Of a stretch of DNA of 64,000 bases, positions 19,112 through 27,561 are shown piece after piece. Under the pieces are notes generated by a model. It saw only the letters and a program-made list of their open reading frames with translations. It made no database searches and had not been told where the DNA came from. Source of the stretch: a virus; the IMG/VR virus record IMGVR_UViG_3300032261_000561. The stretch is one strand, 5' to 3'. The first letter of the stretch is position 1; every line of letters starts with the position of its first letter. The position numbers were made by a program, and so were the translations under genes.

Positions 19112-19309
19112 TCATATGAACTCCAACATCATCGGGTGGGTGGCTTTGGCGATGCGGTCGGCGCCATAGCGCACGTACACATAGGGATCGTTGACGTGGC
19201 TGATCACGCCGTACTCGGGCTGGTGGTCGGTGTCGTGGATCTGGAAGACCACCTGGGCACCGATGCGTTCCTCGGCTTCGTCGAGTCTCATGGCCATGGC
19301 CCCCATCAT
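19112..19309 (-). CDS. Small hypothetical protein
   Basis: RLDEAEERIGAQVVF...EYGVISHVNDPYVYVRY; ATG overlaps the upstream TGA. Confidence 0.6.
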   Translation of the reverse strand: MMGAMAMRLDEAEERIGAQVVFQIHDTDHQPEYGVISHVNDPYVYVRYGADRIAKATHPMMLEFI

Positions 19310-19509
19310 CACGCGAAGAGGAACGCCAAGACGACAAATAGGAACAAGCCCACCATGATGAAGGTGCCGAACACCGCGCATCCCAGCAGGTAGCCCCGAG
19401 TGAAGTTGGTGAAAATTTCCTCGGCCACACCTGGTTTGCGACGCGCCGGTGGCAGTGCTCGCGCCCGAGGCGCCGCGTAATAGTGCAGGTGCAGGATCTG
19501 GTCGTTCAC
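19309..19509 (-). CDS. Small membrane protein
   Basis: C-terminal hydrophobic helix. Confidence 0.55.
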   Translation of the reverse strand: MNDQILHLHYYAAPRARALPPARRKPGVAEEIFTNFTRGYLLGCAVFGTFIMVGLFLFVVLAFLFA

Positions 19510-19571
19510 GACGCCTCTCGCTTCACCGTCTGAGGCCCACCGCGCTCGTCGGTTACCTGCGTTTCGTGCAT
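19506..19571 (-). CDS. 21-aa leader ORF (MHETQVTDERGGPQTVKREAS)
   Basis: Not in the ORF track; AGGAGACACACACCA RBS; stop overlaps the next GTG. Confidence 0.5.
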   Translation of the reverse strand: MHETQVTDERGGPQTVKREAS

Positions 19572-19592
19572 TGGTGTGTGTCTCCTGTCGTG

Positions 19593-19628
19593 TATATCTT
19601 CTAATTTACCTATAATACTGCTCTAATG
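19593..19628 (-). promoter_or_regulatory. 36-bp promoter-like repeat, copy A
   Basis: 28/36 identical to 20735-20770; GTAAATT -10-like on the minus strand; TCTAAT direct repeats 22 bp apart. Confidence 0.65.
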
Positions 19629-19634
19629 CCAGGC

Positions 19635-19970
19635 CTACCCCGGCGCCGTATGCGTGATCGGAACCGGCCGCCATGGGACCTTGGTCCGATTTCCTGGTTG
19701 CATCAGCTTCATGATTTCGCCCAGCTCGTATTCGCGCATATCCAGCTGACGGCGCAGCTCGGCCAGCCGGGAAACCTTGGCATTGGTCTCGGTGGCCAAC
19801 CTCAAACGGCGCTGGGCTGCCTCCCGGGCCCGCAGTGCCGCCTCGTAACGGCGCTGCAGCCGATTGGTGGCGTAGTCCACCTCGATCTGATAACGCTCGC
19901 TGATCGGATCGCTATGCAGCTCGTAAGCCTGCGGCGGAACGCGATGACGACTCTTATGCTTCTTGGCCAC
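19635..19970 (-). CDS. Hypothetical basic coiled-coil protein
   Basis: 111-aa ORF; AAGGA RBS. Confidence 0.65.
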   Translation of the reverse strand: MAKKHKSRHRVPPQAYELHSDPISERYQIEVDYATNRLQRRYEAALRAREAAQRRLRLATETNAKVSRLAELRRQLDMREYELGEIMKLMQPGNRTKVPWRPVPITHTAPG

Positions 19971-20679
19971 GATCCTTAAGCCCTTCGATCAGTTTGTCGC
20001 GGACATCCTCAGGGGTCTCGTCGTTGCGGGAATCTTTGAAGGCCAGGACGGGTTCGAGGTCCCCGGTCTTGCGGGCGGCCTCGATGCGGTCGAAGTAGGC
20101 CCGCATGGCAAAAACCCGGCGCATCAGCGAGTTCTTCATGCGCCCTTTCTCTAACCGCCGGGTGGCCTCCCGAGAGGTCTGCGGGGGCAGCGGCATGCCG
20201 CCACGCAAATGAGAGGCACCTGATCCAGCCAGACGCCACCTGGTGCCTTCGCATCGGGCGAAGAACTCCTGGATCTGCTCCCACTCCTTGAAGAACAACG
20301 TGGCGATCTCCCAGTGCATCGAGAGCCAGTATTCGTGGGACTCGGAATCCCGTTCCATCTGCAGCGGCGCCGGGGTGCCGAACTTATTGCGGTGCATGAT
20401 CTCCCAGACCAGCACGGCATAACGCATCCGGTCGGCGTCATGTTGATAGGCCATCGACACCAGCTGATCGCGCAGGTGCTCCTTCTCCCGTTTGGATAGC
20501 CCAGTGGCGGCAGCCATCGCCTTGGAGTGGATCCCGGCCCGAACCTCGTTGATCTCCTTCTTCACCGCCGACAGCTGCTCGGTCAGCTCCTTGATCTTGG
20601 CGTGGGCCTGCTGCAGAGCCTCGGATTCGAGCACCTTGAGCCGGGAATCGGCACGCTGGGCGTATTTCCCCTTCGTCAC
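19954..20679 (-). CDS. Hypothetical protein with N-terminal coiled coil
   Basis: 241-aa ORF. Confidence 0.7.
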   Translation of the reverse strand: MTKGKYAQRADSRLKVLESEALQQAHAKIKELTEQLSAVKKEINEVRAGIHSKAMAAATGLSKREKEHLRDQLVSMAYQHDADRMRYAVLVWEIMHRNKFGTPAPLQMERDSESHEYWLSMHWEIATLFFKEWEQIQEFFARCEGTRWRLAGSGASHLRGGMPLPPQTSREATRRLEKGRMKNSLMRRVFAMRAYFDRIEAARKTGDLEPVLAFKDSRNDETPEDVRDKLIEGLKDRGQEA

Positions 20680-20734
20680 TATCCGGCCCCCTGCTCCATC
20701 TCGATCAACTCGCCATCCTGGGGAGGACCCCTTT

Positions 20735-20770
20735 TATGTCCTCTAATTTACACACAATGTTGATCTAATG
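20735..20770 (-). promoter_or_regulatory. 36-bp promoter-like repeat, copy B
   Basis: 28/36 identical to 19593-19628. Confidence 0.65.
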
Positions 20771-20788
20771 ATAGTGAGACGGTTCTTT

Positions 20789-22267
20789 TTACCAGCTCAG
20801 CACCATGCCGCCCTCGTCCTCCTCGGGCCCGGCGGTGTCCACCAGGTCGTCGATCCAGGACACCGCCGCGCAGTCCAGCACCTCCTTGGCTCGGGTGACC
20901 GCCACGTAGCCGATCATTGCCTCGGCCTCCGAGATGGTCGGCGTCTCGCCGTCCTCGGTGACGCGCGGGGCGAAGAAGTCCCCGGCCACCTTGACCGTCT
21001 CCCACTGCCGACCCTTGCTCTTGTGCGCGGTGGAGACGATCACGTCGGCGTCGTCCTCGTTGCGGGAGAGTGCGTTGGTGGCTTCCAGGATCCGCTCGAT
21101 GCCATGCTCCTCGATCAGCTTGATCAGCGGCAGCAGGTCGCGGCCCCCCTCCTCCTCGGTGGCGTAGCGCACCACCGAGTCCCAGTCGGGGAAGGCGTAC
21201 AGCTCGGGGTGGTTGGTGGTCTTGCCTTCCCGCAAGTCCCCCGCCGCCCGAGCCAGCCTGCTCAATGCGTCACCGCCGCCCACCAAGGACACCCGACGGC
21301 CCGAGTCCAGCTCGCCCAGCACGTGGCCCATGGCGCCCGCATTCGTGCGGCACAGGATCGCCTTGGGCTTCTCCAAGGTGTCCACCACCGAGTCCATGTG
21401 CGGGTTGCCGATCAGTTCCAGCGGGGTGTGCAGCTGGTGCAGCCATTTGTTGGCCTCGTCCGCGATCGCCTGCCCGAACCGCCAGGACTGCGCCAGATAG
21501 AGCTGACGGGCGTTCTTCCAGCCGCCCAGCGCATCGACCGCCCCGCGCCAGGCATACATCTGCTGGCACGAGTCCCCCACGATGATCTGCTGGGCGTTCT
21601 GATCGCTGATCAGCTTGGCCAGCACCGGGTTGGCGTCCTGCGCCTCATCGAAGTAGATGGTGTAGTAGGGCAGCTCCGGCCGGGTCAACGCCCACATCTT
21701 CAGATAGTGATCGTGCTCGAACGGCATCCAGCCGCTGCGGTCGTTGACGTCGGCCCACCAGCGCTGGGCCAGTGGCAGCACGTTGGCCACCAGGACGGCG
21801 TGGTCGGCCCCGATGATCCCGTTCTGCGGTGGGACGTGGCGGGCGGTGATCTCGTCGTCGGCGCTGTAGCAGAACCGGCGCACCGTGTCCCCGGCGATAC
21901 GCGCCAGGTGGCTGGACTTCACCATGACGTCGCGGCCTAATCGCAGGTTGCGCAGCCCCATCCGTTTGGCCACCTCCCAGCTCGGCTCGCGCTTGCCCGA
22001 GATCCGGTGCCGGAAGTCCTTGCCCACCGCCCCGTAGGCCAGCCCGTGGCTGGTCTTGCAGGTGACGTGCCCGGGGAACTTGCCCGAGGCATCCAGCTGG
22101 ATCGGCTTGTTGTAGGCCACGTACAGGCTGCGTTTCGGCAGCTGCTCGGCCACCATCACCAGGGTGGACGTCTTGCCCGTCCCGGCGCCCGCCTGCACGA
22201 CCAGGTTGTCCCCGCTCAGGGCCCCGTCGATGACCGCCTGCTGTTCGGCGGTCGGTGGGTATTCCAT
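20789..22267 (-). CDS. Superfamily 1 (UvrD-like) DNA helicase
   Basis: PTAEQQ, QAGAGTGKT, FDEAQD, VGDSCQQMYAWRGA, SWRFG, STAHKSKGRQW, YVAVTRAK. Confidence 0.92.
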   Translation of the reverse strand: MEYPPTAEQQAVIDGALSGDNLVVQAGAGTGKTSTLVMVAEQLPKRSLYVAYNKPIQLDASGKFPGHVTCKTSHGLAYGAVGKDFRHRISGKREPSWEVAKRMGLRNLRLGRDVMVKSSHLARIAGDTVRRFCYSADDEITARHVPPQNGIIGADHAVLVANVLPLAQRWWADVNDRSGWMPFEHDHYLKMWALTRPELPYYTIYFDEAQDANPVLAKLISDQNAQQIIVGDSCQQMYAWRGAVDALGGWKNARQLYLAQSWRFGQAIADEANKWLHQLHTPLELIGNPHMDSVVDTLEKPKAILCRTNAGAMGHVLGELDSGRRVSLVGGGDALSRLARAAGDLREGKTTNHPELYAFPDWDSVVRYATEEEGGRDLLPLIKLIEEHGIERILEATNALSRNEDDADVIVSTAHKSKGRQWETVKVAGDFFAPRVTEDGETPTISEAEAMIGYVAVTRAKEVLDCAAVSWIDDLVDTAGPEEDEGGMVLSW

Positions 22268-22301
22268 GTGTGTCTCCCTTCCTTACAATCTCATGAACGA
22301 G

Positions 22302-22318
22302 TTTACCCTACAGGTATA
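22302..22318. promoter_or_regulatory. Operator/promoter motif TTTACC-N5-GGTATA, copy 1
   Basis: One of five intergenic copies; overlaps TAAACT -10 on the minus strand. Confidence 0.7.
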
Positions 22319-22325
22319 TTCCCTA

Positions 22326-22922
22326 TCACATCCACTCGGGGCGTATCCGACGCCACCGCTCCACTGTTCCCTGAGGCACCGACCGTTGATATCCCTGACG
22401 GTGCAACACAGACTTGGATATCCCGAACTCCACCACCACCTCGGCCAGCCTGATCAGTGGCTGGGGATGCAGATTCAGCTCGGGGCGCGGCGCCGGGGCG
22501 GGTTTGTCGCTAACGATGACTGGCTGCAGGGTGGGTGGCTCGGGCTTGGGTTGGCGACGACGCGCGGGACGCTGTCCTTTCGGCCTGGCCCGTCGGGGAG
22601 TCAGGTTGGCGCCGTAAAACCGCAGGAACGTCCTCGTCGCTCGGGTCAGCGTCCAACCCTCGTTCTCCTTGTGCAGCTTGTGCACGAGGTCGTGACAACG
22701 CTGACACAGCGGAACCAGATCGGAGTCCAACTCAGCTCCCATCCGCCGGTAGGTGTGGTGATGCAGGTGGATGTCGATGACGCTCCCGCACGCCTGGCAC
22801 TGCCTCTTGTGATTGGCATAGAAGGCTGCCTTCCTGCGCTCCCAGCTGGTCGAATTGATGTACTGGGCGTATTCGTCTTTGCTGCGCCTTCTACGGGGCT
22901 CTGAGCGGGTTTGCTGGGGAAT
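22326..22922 (-). CDS. HNH endonuclease (probable ATT start)
   Basis: Frame is open upstream of the listed ATG: YAQYINSTSWERRK...CQACG...HLHHHTYRRMGAE...DLVPLCQRCH; AGGAG lies 7 nt before an in-frame ATT. Confidence 0.8.
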   Translation of the reverse strand: MPQQTRSEPRRRRSKDEYAQYINSTSWERRKAAFYANHKRQCQACGSVIDIHLHHHTYRRMGAELDSDLVPLCQRCHDLVHKLHKENEGWTLTRATRTFLRFYGANLTPRRARPKGQRPARRRQPKPEPPTLQPVIVSDKPAPAPRPELNLHPQPLIRLAEVVVEFGISKSVLHRQGYQRSVPQGTVERWRRIRPEWM

Positions 22923-23334
22923 TGGAGTTCTCCTGGGTCTTAGGGCCTACTTCGGGCCTTGCCTCGGTGACCCCCCAGGCGACTGACCCCCATTTGCCAT
23001 CTCCGGTACTGTCACACCACCTCTGGCCCCCTGTCTTGGAGTGACAGAGAGCTGATACGCATTGACCTGAGGCTTGCTCTGCAGCTGCGAGCTTCGGGTA
23101 CCCGGCCCGGCCCGGGATTTCCTCGTAGGAGACTCAGTACCGGGAGCCGTGTCAGGTACTCCGGATACGGAACGGGAAGGGAGAGCGGGTTTTTCGGCGG
23201 GTCTCCCCGTAAGCGCCGGTAGGAGGGGCAGTGGCAGCTGCAACAATTACCATCCGGTAACCGGGAGCGCAACCCCGTCCAACATGTTGGGTGAACTGGT
23301 TGCACTACCCCCCAGATGTAGAGATACTCTCAGA

Positions 23335-23411
23335 TACGCACAGAGATGCGTGGAGACAGTGGCAACTTCTCCGAAGGGCCCCGGCACATGGGAGCCGGGG
23401 CTCTTTTCTTT
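23335..23411 (+). ncRNA. Candidate small RNA with three stem-loops
   Basis: ACGCA/TGCGT, GGAGA/TCTCC and GGGCCCCGGC/GCCGGGGCTC stems followed by a T-tract; TTGCAC...TACTCT upstream. Confidence 0.35.
23376..23411 (+). terminator. Intrinsic terminator
   Basis: 10-bp GC stem, 8-nt loop, then TTTTCTTT. Confidence 0.7.
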
Positions 23412-23432
23412 CCACAAGTCGTCCAATTTTCC

Positions 23433-23438
23433 TACAAT
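23433..23438 (+). promoter_or_regulatory. -10 element (TACAAT) of a probable leaderless transcript
   Basis: 6 nt upstream of the in-frame GTG at 23445; no SD sequence. Confidence 0.5.
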
Positions 23439-23444
23439 GAGCTG

Positions 23445-25370
23445 GTGACACACGCGACGGTTGAGTCGACCATCGAACTTTTGGCCAGCGACCCCGAGGT
23501 CGACCTGGACACCGTCGTGTTGGTCAGCGAGTCCACCGCCTACTCGGGCTGCCTGCGTTTCGAACCGTTCGACGGGGACCGGCAGGGCTTCTTCCAGCGC
23601 TACGGCTTGGAGGAGAACTGGATCAGCCGGTTCCTGGTGCTCAACGAGCACCACAACCTGCGCCATTTCATCCGCCAGCTGCTCGACGACAGCTGGCTGC
23701 TGGTGTATGACCCGTCGGCGGATCCGATCCTAGCCGACTTCGAGCGCTGGGCGGCGCCGCTGGACGTGCAGGGCTTCACCTGCCCGCACCACGGGCAGCT
23801 GCGGCCCTATCAGACCTTCGGGATTCAGCGGGCGCTGGAACGGAACGAGGCTCAGAAGGCCTCTGAGCGCCTCACGGTGCCCGGGTGGTGTGCCGGTGCC
23901 GGGAAGAGCCTGTTCGCCTGCGCAGGGGCTCAGGAGCTGGCCAACAGGGGCCTTGTGGACGTGGTGCTAGCTTTCACCCTGATGCGCCACAAAGACAACC
24001 TGCGGGCGTTCTTCGCCGACACCACCGAGCTGAAAGCCGTTGTGGTGGACGGGACTAAAGACCGGCGCCGCAAGCTCTACGCCAGCGAGCACGACGTGTT
24101 CGTGGTCAACTACGACAAACCGCGCTTCGACTTCGAGGAACTGTCCGAGCTGACCGCCGGAAAGCGTGTGCTGTTCGTGCTCGACGAGGTGCAGAAGGTG
24201 CTTACCGCCGAGACCAAGACCCAGGCCCGCAAGGCGCTCGATCAGCTGATCAAGGGCTGCCGGGCCACCATCTGGCCGATGACTGCCTCCATTGTGGGCT
24301 CCAATCCGCTACGCTACCGCTCGCTGTTCGCCTTGAGTCAAGCTCGGGACAACCCGCTGGGCAGCCGGGCGGACTTCGAGGAGCGCTACCTGGAACGCGA
24401 CAACTGGGGCAACCCGAAGAAGCGCACCTACCAGCGCACCACCCGCCACGGCGGGTCGTTCACCGTCACCGACTACGACTGGGATTTGGCCGCGTTGCAT
24501 GAGGTGCGCCACCGGGTGGCCGACCGGGTGCAGAACGCGCGTAAAGGCGATCCCGGTGTGCGCGAATACTTCCCGCCGCTGCAAGTGGAGTTCATCCCGA
24601 TCCAGATGAGTCCCGAGGACCGCCAGCTGATCGACGAGATCGAGTACCTGGCCCGCATCGCCAAGCGTGAGGGGGAGTCGTTGACGTCCTACGCGCTGCT
24701 GCAGCGGTACGTGTGCAACACGCCGGAAGCGTTGGCGCACTCCATCTCACCGCTGGCGCGGGTGCTGATGGAGGAATACCCCCGGCTGATCACCAGCGCC
24801 AACTCCGCGAAGATGGAGTACTTCCTCGACCAGGTGGAATCGATTGCCGACGCCGGAGATAAATGCGTCGCTTTCACCAAATGGACCAATTTGGGCTTGC
24901 ATATTTTGAGTCGTGAGCTGGACAAGCGCAAGGTGAAGCATGTGGTGCACTACGGCACCGGCCAGACCGCCAAGGAGTCCCAGCGGGCCCAGGACTGTTT
25001 CAAGGCCGATGCCGAGATCACGTTGTTCCTGTCCAGCGACGCCGGGGCGTATGGCCTCAACATGCAGGAGGCCAAGTACTGCATCCAGTACGAATGCCCG
25101 TACAGCTACGACGATTTCCAGCAGCGGATCAACCGGATCCACCGCACCGACTCCCAGCTGGCCGGGCTGACCGCGTACATCTATGTGACCGAGAACTCGA
25201 TCGAGGAGCGCATCGCCGGGATCTGCGAGTATCGGCGCCAGCTGGCCGAGGCCACGCTGGGCACGAGTGAAGTCGTCTCGTTACCTGAGATCGCCACCCG
25301 AGACGAGATATCGAACGCTGATTATTTACTTTTCGGAGATGACCGTGATTTTTGGAAACGAGTGACATGA
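23445..25370 (+). CDS. SNF2-family (SF2) helicase
   Basis: LRPYQ, AGAGKS, LDEVQ, MTAS, VAFT, LSSDAGAYGLNMQEA, QRINRIHR; start reassigned to GTG 23445, after the terminator. Confidence 0.9.
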   Translation: MTHATVESTIELLASDPEVDLDTVVLVSESTAYSGCLRFEPFDGDRQGFFQRYGLEENWISRFLVLNEHHNLRHFIRQLLDDSWLLVYDPSADPILADFERWAAPLDVQGFTCPHHGQLRPYQTFGIQRALERNEAQKASERLTVPGWCAGAGKSLFACAGAQELANRGLVDVVLAFTLMRHKDNLRAFFADTTELKAVVVDGTKDRRRKLYASEHDVFVVNYDKPRFDFEELSELTAGKRVLFVLDEVQKVLTAETKTQARKALDQLIKGCRATIWPMTASIVGSNPLRYRSLFALSQARDNPLGSRADFEERYLERDNWGNPKKRTYQRTTRHGGSFTVTDYDWDLAALHEVRHRVADRVQNARKGDPGVREYFPPLQVEFIPIQMSPEDRQLIDEIEYLARIAKREGESLTSYALLQRYVCNTPEALAHSISPLARVLMEEYPRLITSANSAKMEYFLDQVESIADAGDKCVAFTKWTNLGLHILSRELDKRKVKHVVHYGTGQTAKESQRAQDCFKADAEITLFLSSDAGAYGLNMQEAKYCIQYECPYSYDDFQQRINRIHRTDSQLAGLTAYIYVTENSIEERIAGICEYRRQLAEATLGTSEVVSLPEIATRDEISNADYLLFGDDRDFWKRVT

Positions 25371-25795
25371 CTGTTCTCCCCTTCCCCGGCCCCAGTGACG
25401 GCGCCCGACACAGTGATCCACCCACCAGTTGGAAGGCAGCAGCCATCAACCAAAGCCGCCGCAATGAACTGCGGTTCAATATGCTCTACACGCATGGGAT
25501 CCTGCTCAGGGACCGACCCAACTGGTACGTGGGACAACAAGGATTAACCGCCGACGAAATCGCCCGCGTGATGAACCTTCCCGTCCCCGCTAACGGCGGG
25601 ACGTCCAAAATGTGCCATTGGAAGCGCCACTCCGAGCTGTACCGCGTCTTCGGTTATTTGGACGTCACCCTCATCGGCAACCAGGAGTTGGAGCGCGAGG
25701 GCCAGCATGTGCTGATAATCAACCAGCGTGGCCTGCGGCACATCGACGACATGCTGAGAAGATATCCGAACATGACCGAGCGGAAATTTGACTGA
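25367..25795 (+). CDS. Putative winged-HTH DNA-binding protein
   Basis: AR.SDP.TS..AA motif, GLTADEIA, WKRHSEL; ATGA overlap with the helicase stop. Confidence 0.65.
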   Translation: MTVLPFPGPSDGARHSDPPTSWKAAAINQSRRNELRFNMLYTHGILLRDRPNWYVGQQGLTADEIARVMNLPVPANGGTSKMCHWKRHSELYRVFGYLDVTLIGNQELEREGQHVLIINQRGLRHIDDMLRRYPNMTERKFD

Positions 25796-26493
25796 TGAGC
25801 GAGTTCGTCTTCAGCTCCAACCAGGTCACCAACTCCGAGCAGTACTACTTCCCGGCCAGCCTGGAAGCGTTGGAGATGACTCCCAACTTGAAGCGGTGCT
25901 CGCTGACCAACGCCATGCGCTTCGGCGGGCCGCTGGTGCGGCTGATCCTGGAAACCGCGCCGCTGGAAGGCGACGGCGAGGACATCTACGTCGAGACGGT
26001 GGTCAACTACCTGCACGTGGGCCAGTGCCCCACCCAGCCGGGCTGGCATCTCGACGACATCCCCCGGCTCACCCCCGAAGAGCCCACCCAGCTGCCCGGC
26101 ATGACCCCCGATGCCATGGACTACCCGTCGCTGACCGAGATGGTCAAGCAGACCCAGGCCGGGCGCCACGTGCGCCACCACACCATCGTGGTGGGCAACC
26201 CGTGCCCCACCGTGTTCGCCAACGAGCCGGTGACCCTGGACATCGAGCACCCCGACGACTGGGGGGTGATGCGCGACATCCACGCCAAGGCCAGCGCGGC
26301 GAGCTTCGAGGCGATCGCGTTCCCCAACGGCATGTGGACGACGTGGGACTGGTGGAACCTGCACCGGCCGTGCCAAGCCAGCCAGTCGGGGTGGCGACTG
26401 CTGCTGCGCATCGGGGAGGGCGGGGACCGGCCGGTCGAGCACGATTTCTTCAAGCCGATCCACCACGTCTACGTCCCGTCCACCGCGATTTGA
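25795..26493 (+). CDS. Putative 2-oxoglutarate/Fe(II)-dependent dioxygenase
   Basis: PGWHLD (HxD), PTVF, distal LHR and WRLLLR (2OG-binding Arg) in double-stranded beta-helix spacing. Confidence 0.65.
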   Translation: MSEFVFSSNQVTNSEQYYFPASLEALEMTPNLKRCSLTNAMRFGGPLVRLILETAPLEGDGEDIYVETVVNYLHVGQCPTQPGWHLDDIPRLTPEEPTQLPGMTPDAMDYPSLTEMVKQTQAGRHVRHHTIVVGNPCPTVFANEPVTLDIEHPDDWGVMRDIHAKASAASFEAIAFPNGMWTTWDWWNLHRPCQASQSGWRLLLRIGEGGDRPVEHDFFKPIHHVYVPSTAI

Positions 26494-26508
26494 TGGGAGG
26501 ATCGGCCC

Positions 26509-26847
26509 ATGGCTGAGATCTCAACCAAAGAGCTGTACCGCTACCGCAGCCATCGCACCCTGCAGGAGCTGCACGACTACAAGAAGCTACGGGTGCGAAT
26601 CCGCACCGAAGGGGTGCGCACGCCGGTGGAGCTGCACACCGACGGCCGGTTCGTCTTCATGGCCGAAGGCCACAAGCGGGTAATGATCGCCATCGAACTG
26701 GGTATTAAGACGCTGCCGGTGACCGTCACCGAGCGTGAATTCTCCCGGTCCCGCCGAATGAAATATCGGATCGGACCCGAGCTGGCCGAGCTGCTCAAAG
26801 AAAAGACCGCCGCGACCGTGGGGTCCGACGACGGGGATAACCTATAA
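26509..26847 (+). CDS. Stand-alone ParB/Srx N-terminal domain protein
   Basis: IRTEGVRTPVEL...AEGHKRVMIAIELGIKTLPV (DGHxR-like motif). Confidence 0.75.
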   Translation: MAEISTKELYRYRSHRTLQELHDYKKLRVRIRTEGVRTPVELHTDGRFVFMAEGHKRVMIAIELGIKTLPVTVTEREFSRSRRMKYRIGPELAELLKEKTAATVGSDDGDNL

Positions 26848-27375
26848 GCCTTGCGGGCCTACAACAGGCGGCGGGGTGTAGTACGCCGGGCCCATGCCCA
26901 GGATCCTGGGATTGGCGTTGAGCACCGCCGGATAGTGCTGATGGGCCCGCCACCCCCTGAACCCGGCGTAGCGACCCAGGTGCAGATCCAAGTGGCGCCA
27001 GGGATCGTCCATCTCGCGCTGGCCGTAGACCACGCGCATCAGCTTCCAGACATCGGGCGCGGCCGCGATGAACTCGGCGCGGAACCGCGCGAGCCCCAGC
27101 GGGGTGGCGCCGGTGCCGACGAAGTCGATGCCCTGCTGGTAGCCGAAGAAGCACCAGGGGTGCGGACAATCCAGCAGCGTCTCGATGGCGCCGGGCCAGG
27201 GCACGGTGTCATGCTCCATGGTGATGAAATCCTCGCCGCGCTCCCACGCCGCCGCCATGTAGTCCAGGTAGGCCCATTTGCCGCCTGAGACGTCCACCAG
27301 CGTGACGGGGACCGGGCAGTAGAACGAGGACGCCAGGAAGACCCGGGTGGCCTCTGAGAGCCGCGTGAAGGGCAC
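26842..27375 (-). CDS. Small GT-A-fold glycosyltransferase-like protein
   Basis: DFITMEHDTVPWPGAIETL (DxD-equivalent), LGLARF, WRHLD, HQH. Confidence 0.5.
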   Translation of the reverse strand: MPFTRLSEATRVFLASSFYCPVPVTLVDVSGGKWAYLDYMAAAWERGEDFITMEHDTVPWPGAIETLLDCPHPWCFFGYQQGIDFVGTGATPLGLARFRAEFIAAAPDVWKLMRVVYGQREMDDPWRHLDLHLGRYAGFRGWRAHQHYPAVLNANPRILGMGPAYYTPPPVVGPQGL

Positions 27376-27383
27376 GTAGAGCC

Positions 27384-27536
27384 TCAGTGGGCCTCCCGGC
27401 GCCAGGCGTTGCGGTTCCCCTTGCGCGGGTGCTTGTCAGGGCGCCCGTTGGGGATCCGCGTGGAGCGCGGCCGGATCTCAACCCACCGGCGCACGCGCTC
27501 CTTGTGGGCTTGTTCGGCCGCTGTCAGAGTGGGCAT
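27384..27536 (-). CDS. 50-aa basic protein (MPTLTAAEQAHKERVRRW...)
   Basis: Not in the ORF track; AAGGAGG RBS downstream of operator copy 2. Confidence 0.6.
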   Translation of the reverse strand: MPTLTAAEQAHKERVRRWVEIRPRSTRIPNGRPDKHPRKGNRNAWRREAH

Positions 27537-27561
27537 TCCGACCACCTCCTTCCACTTCTAG

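Noticed and set aside
22293-22306. GAACGAGTTTAC as a LexA SOS box
   Set aside because: Does not fit the actinobacterial GAAC-N4-GTTC spacing; better explained by the TTTACC-N5-GGT dyad
23335-23411. tRNA gene (length is tRNA-like)
   Set aside because: No acceptor stem, no GTTCRA T-loop and no CCA; the hairpins are serial rather than a cloverleaf
26509-26847. parABS plasmid-partition system
   Set aside because: ParB N-terminal domain only, without an HTH; no ParA ATPase or parS array nearby
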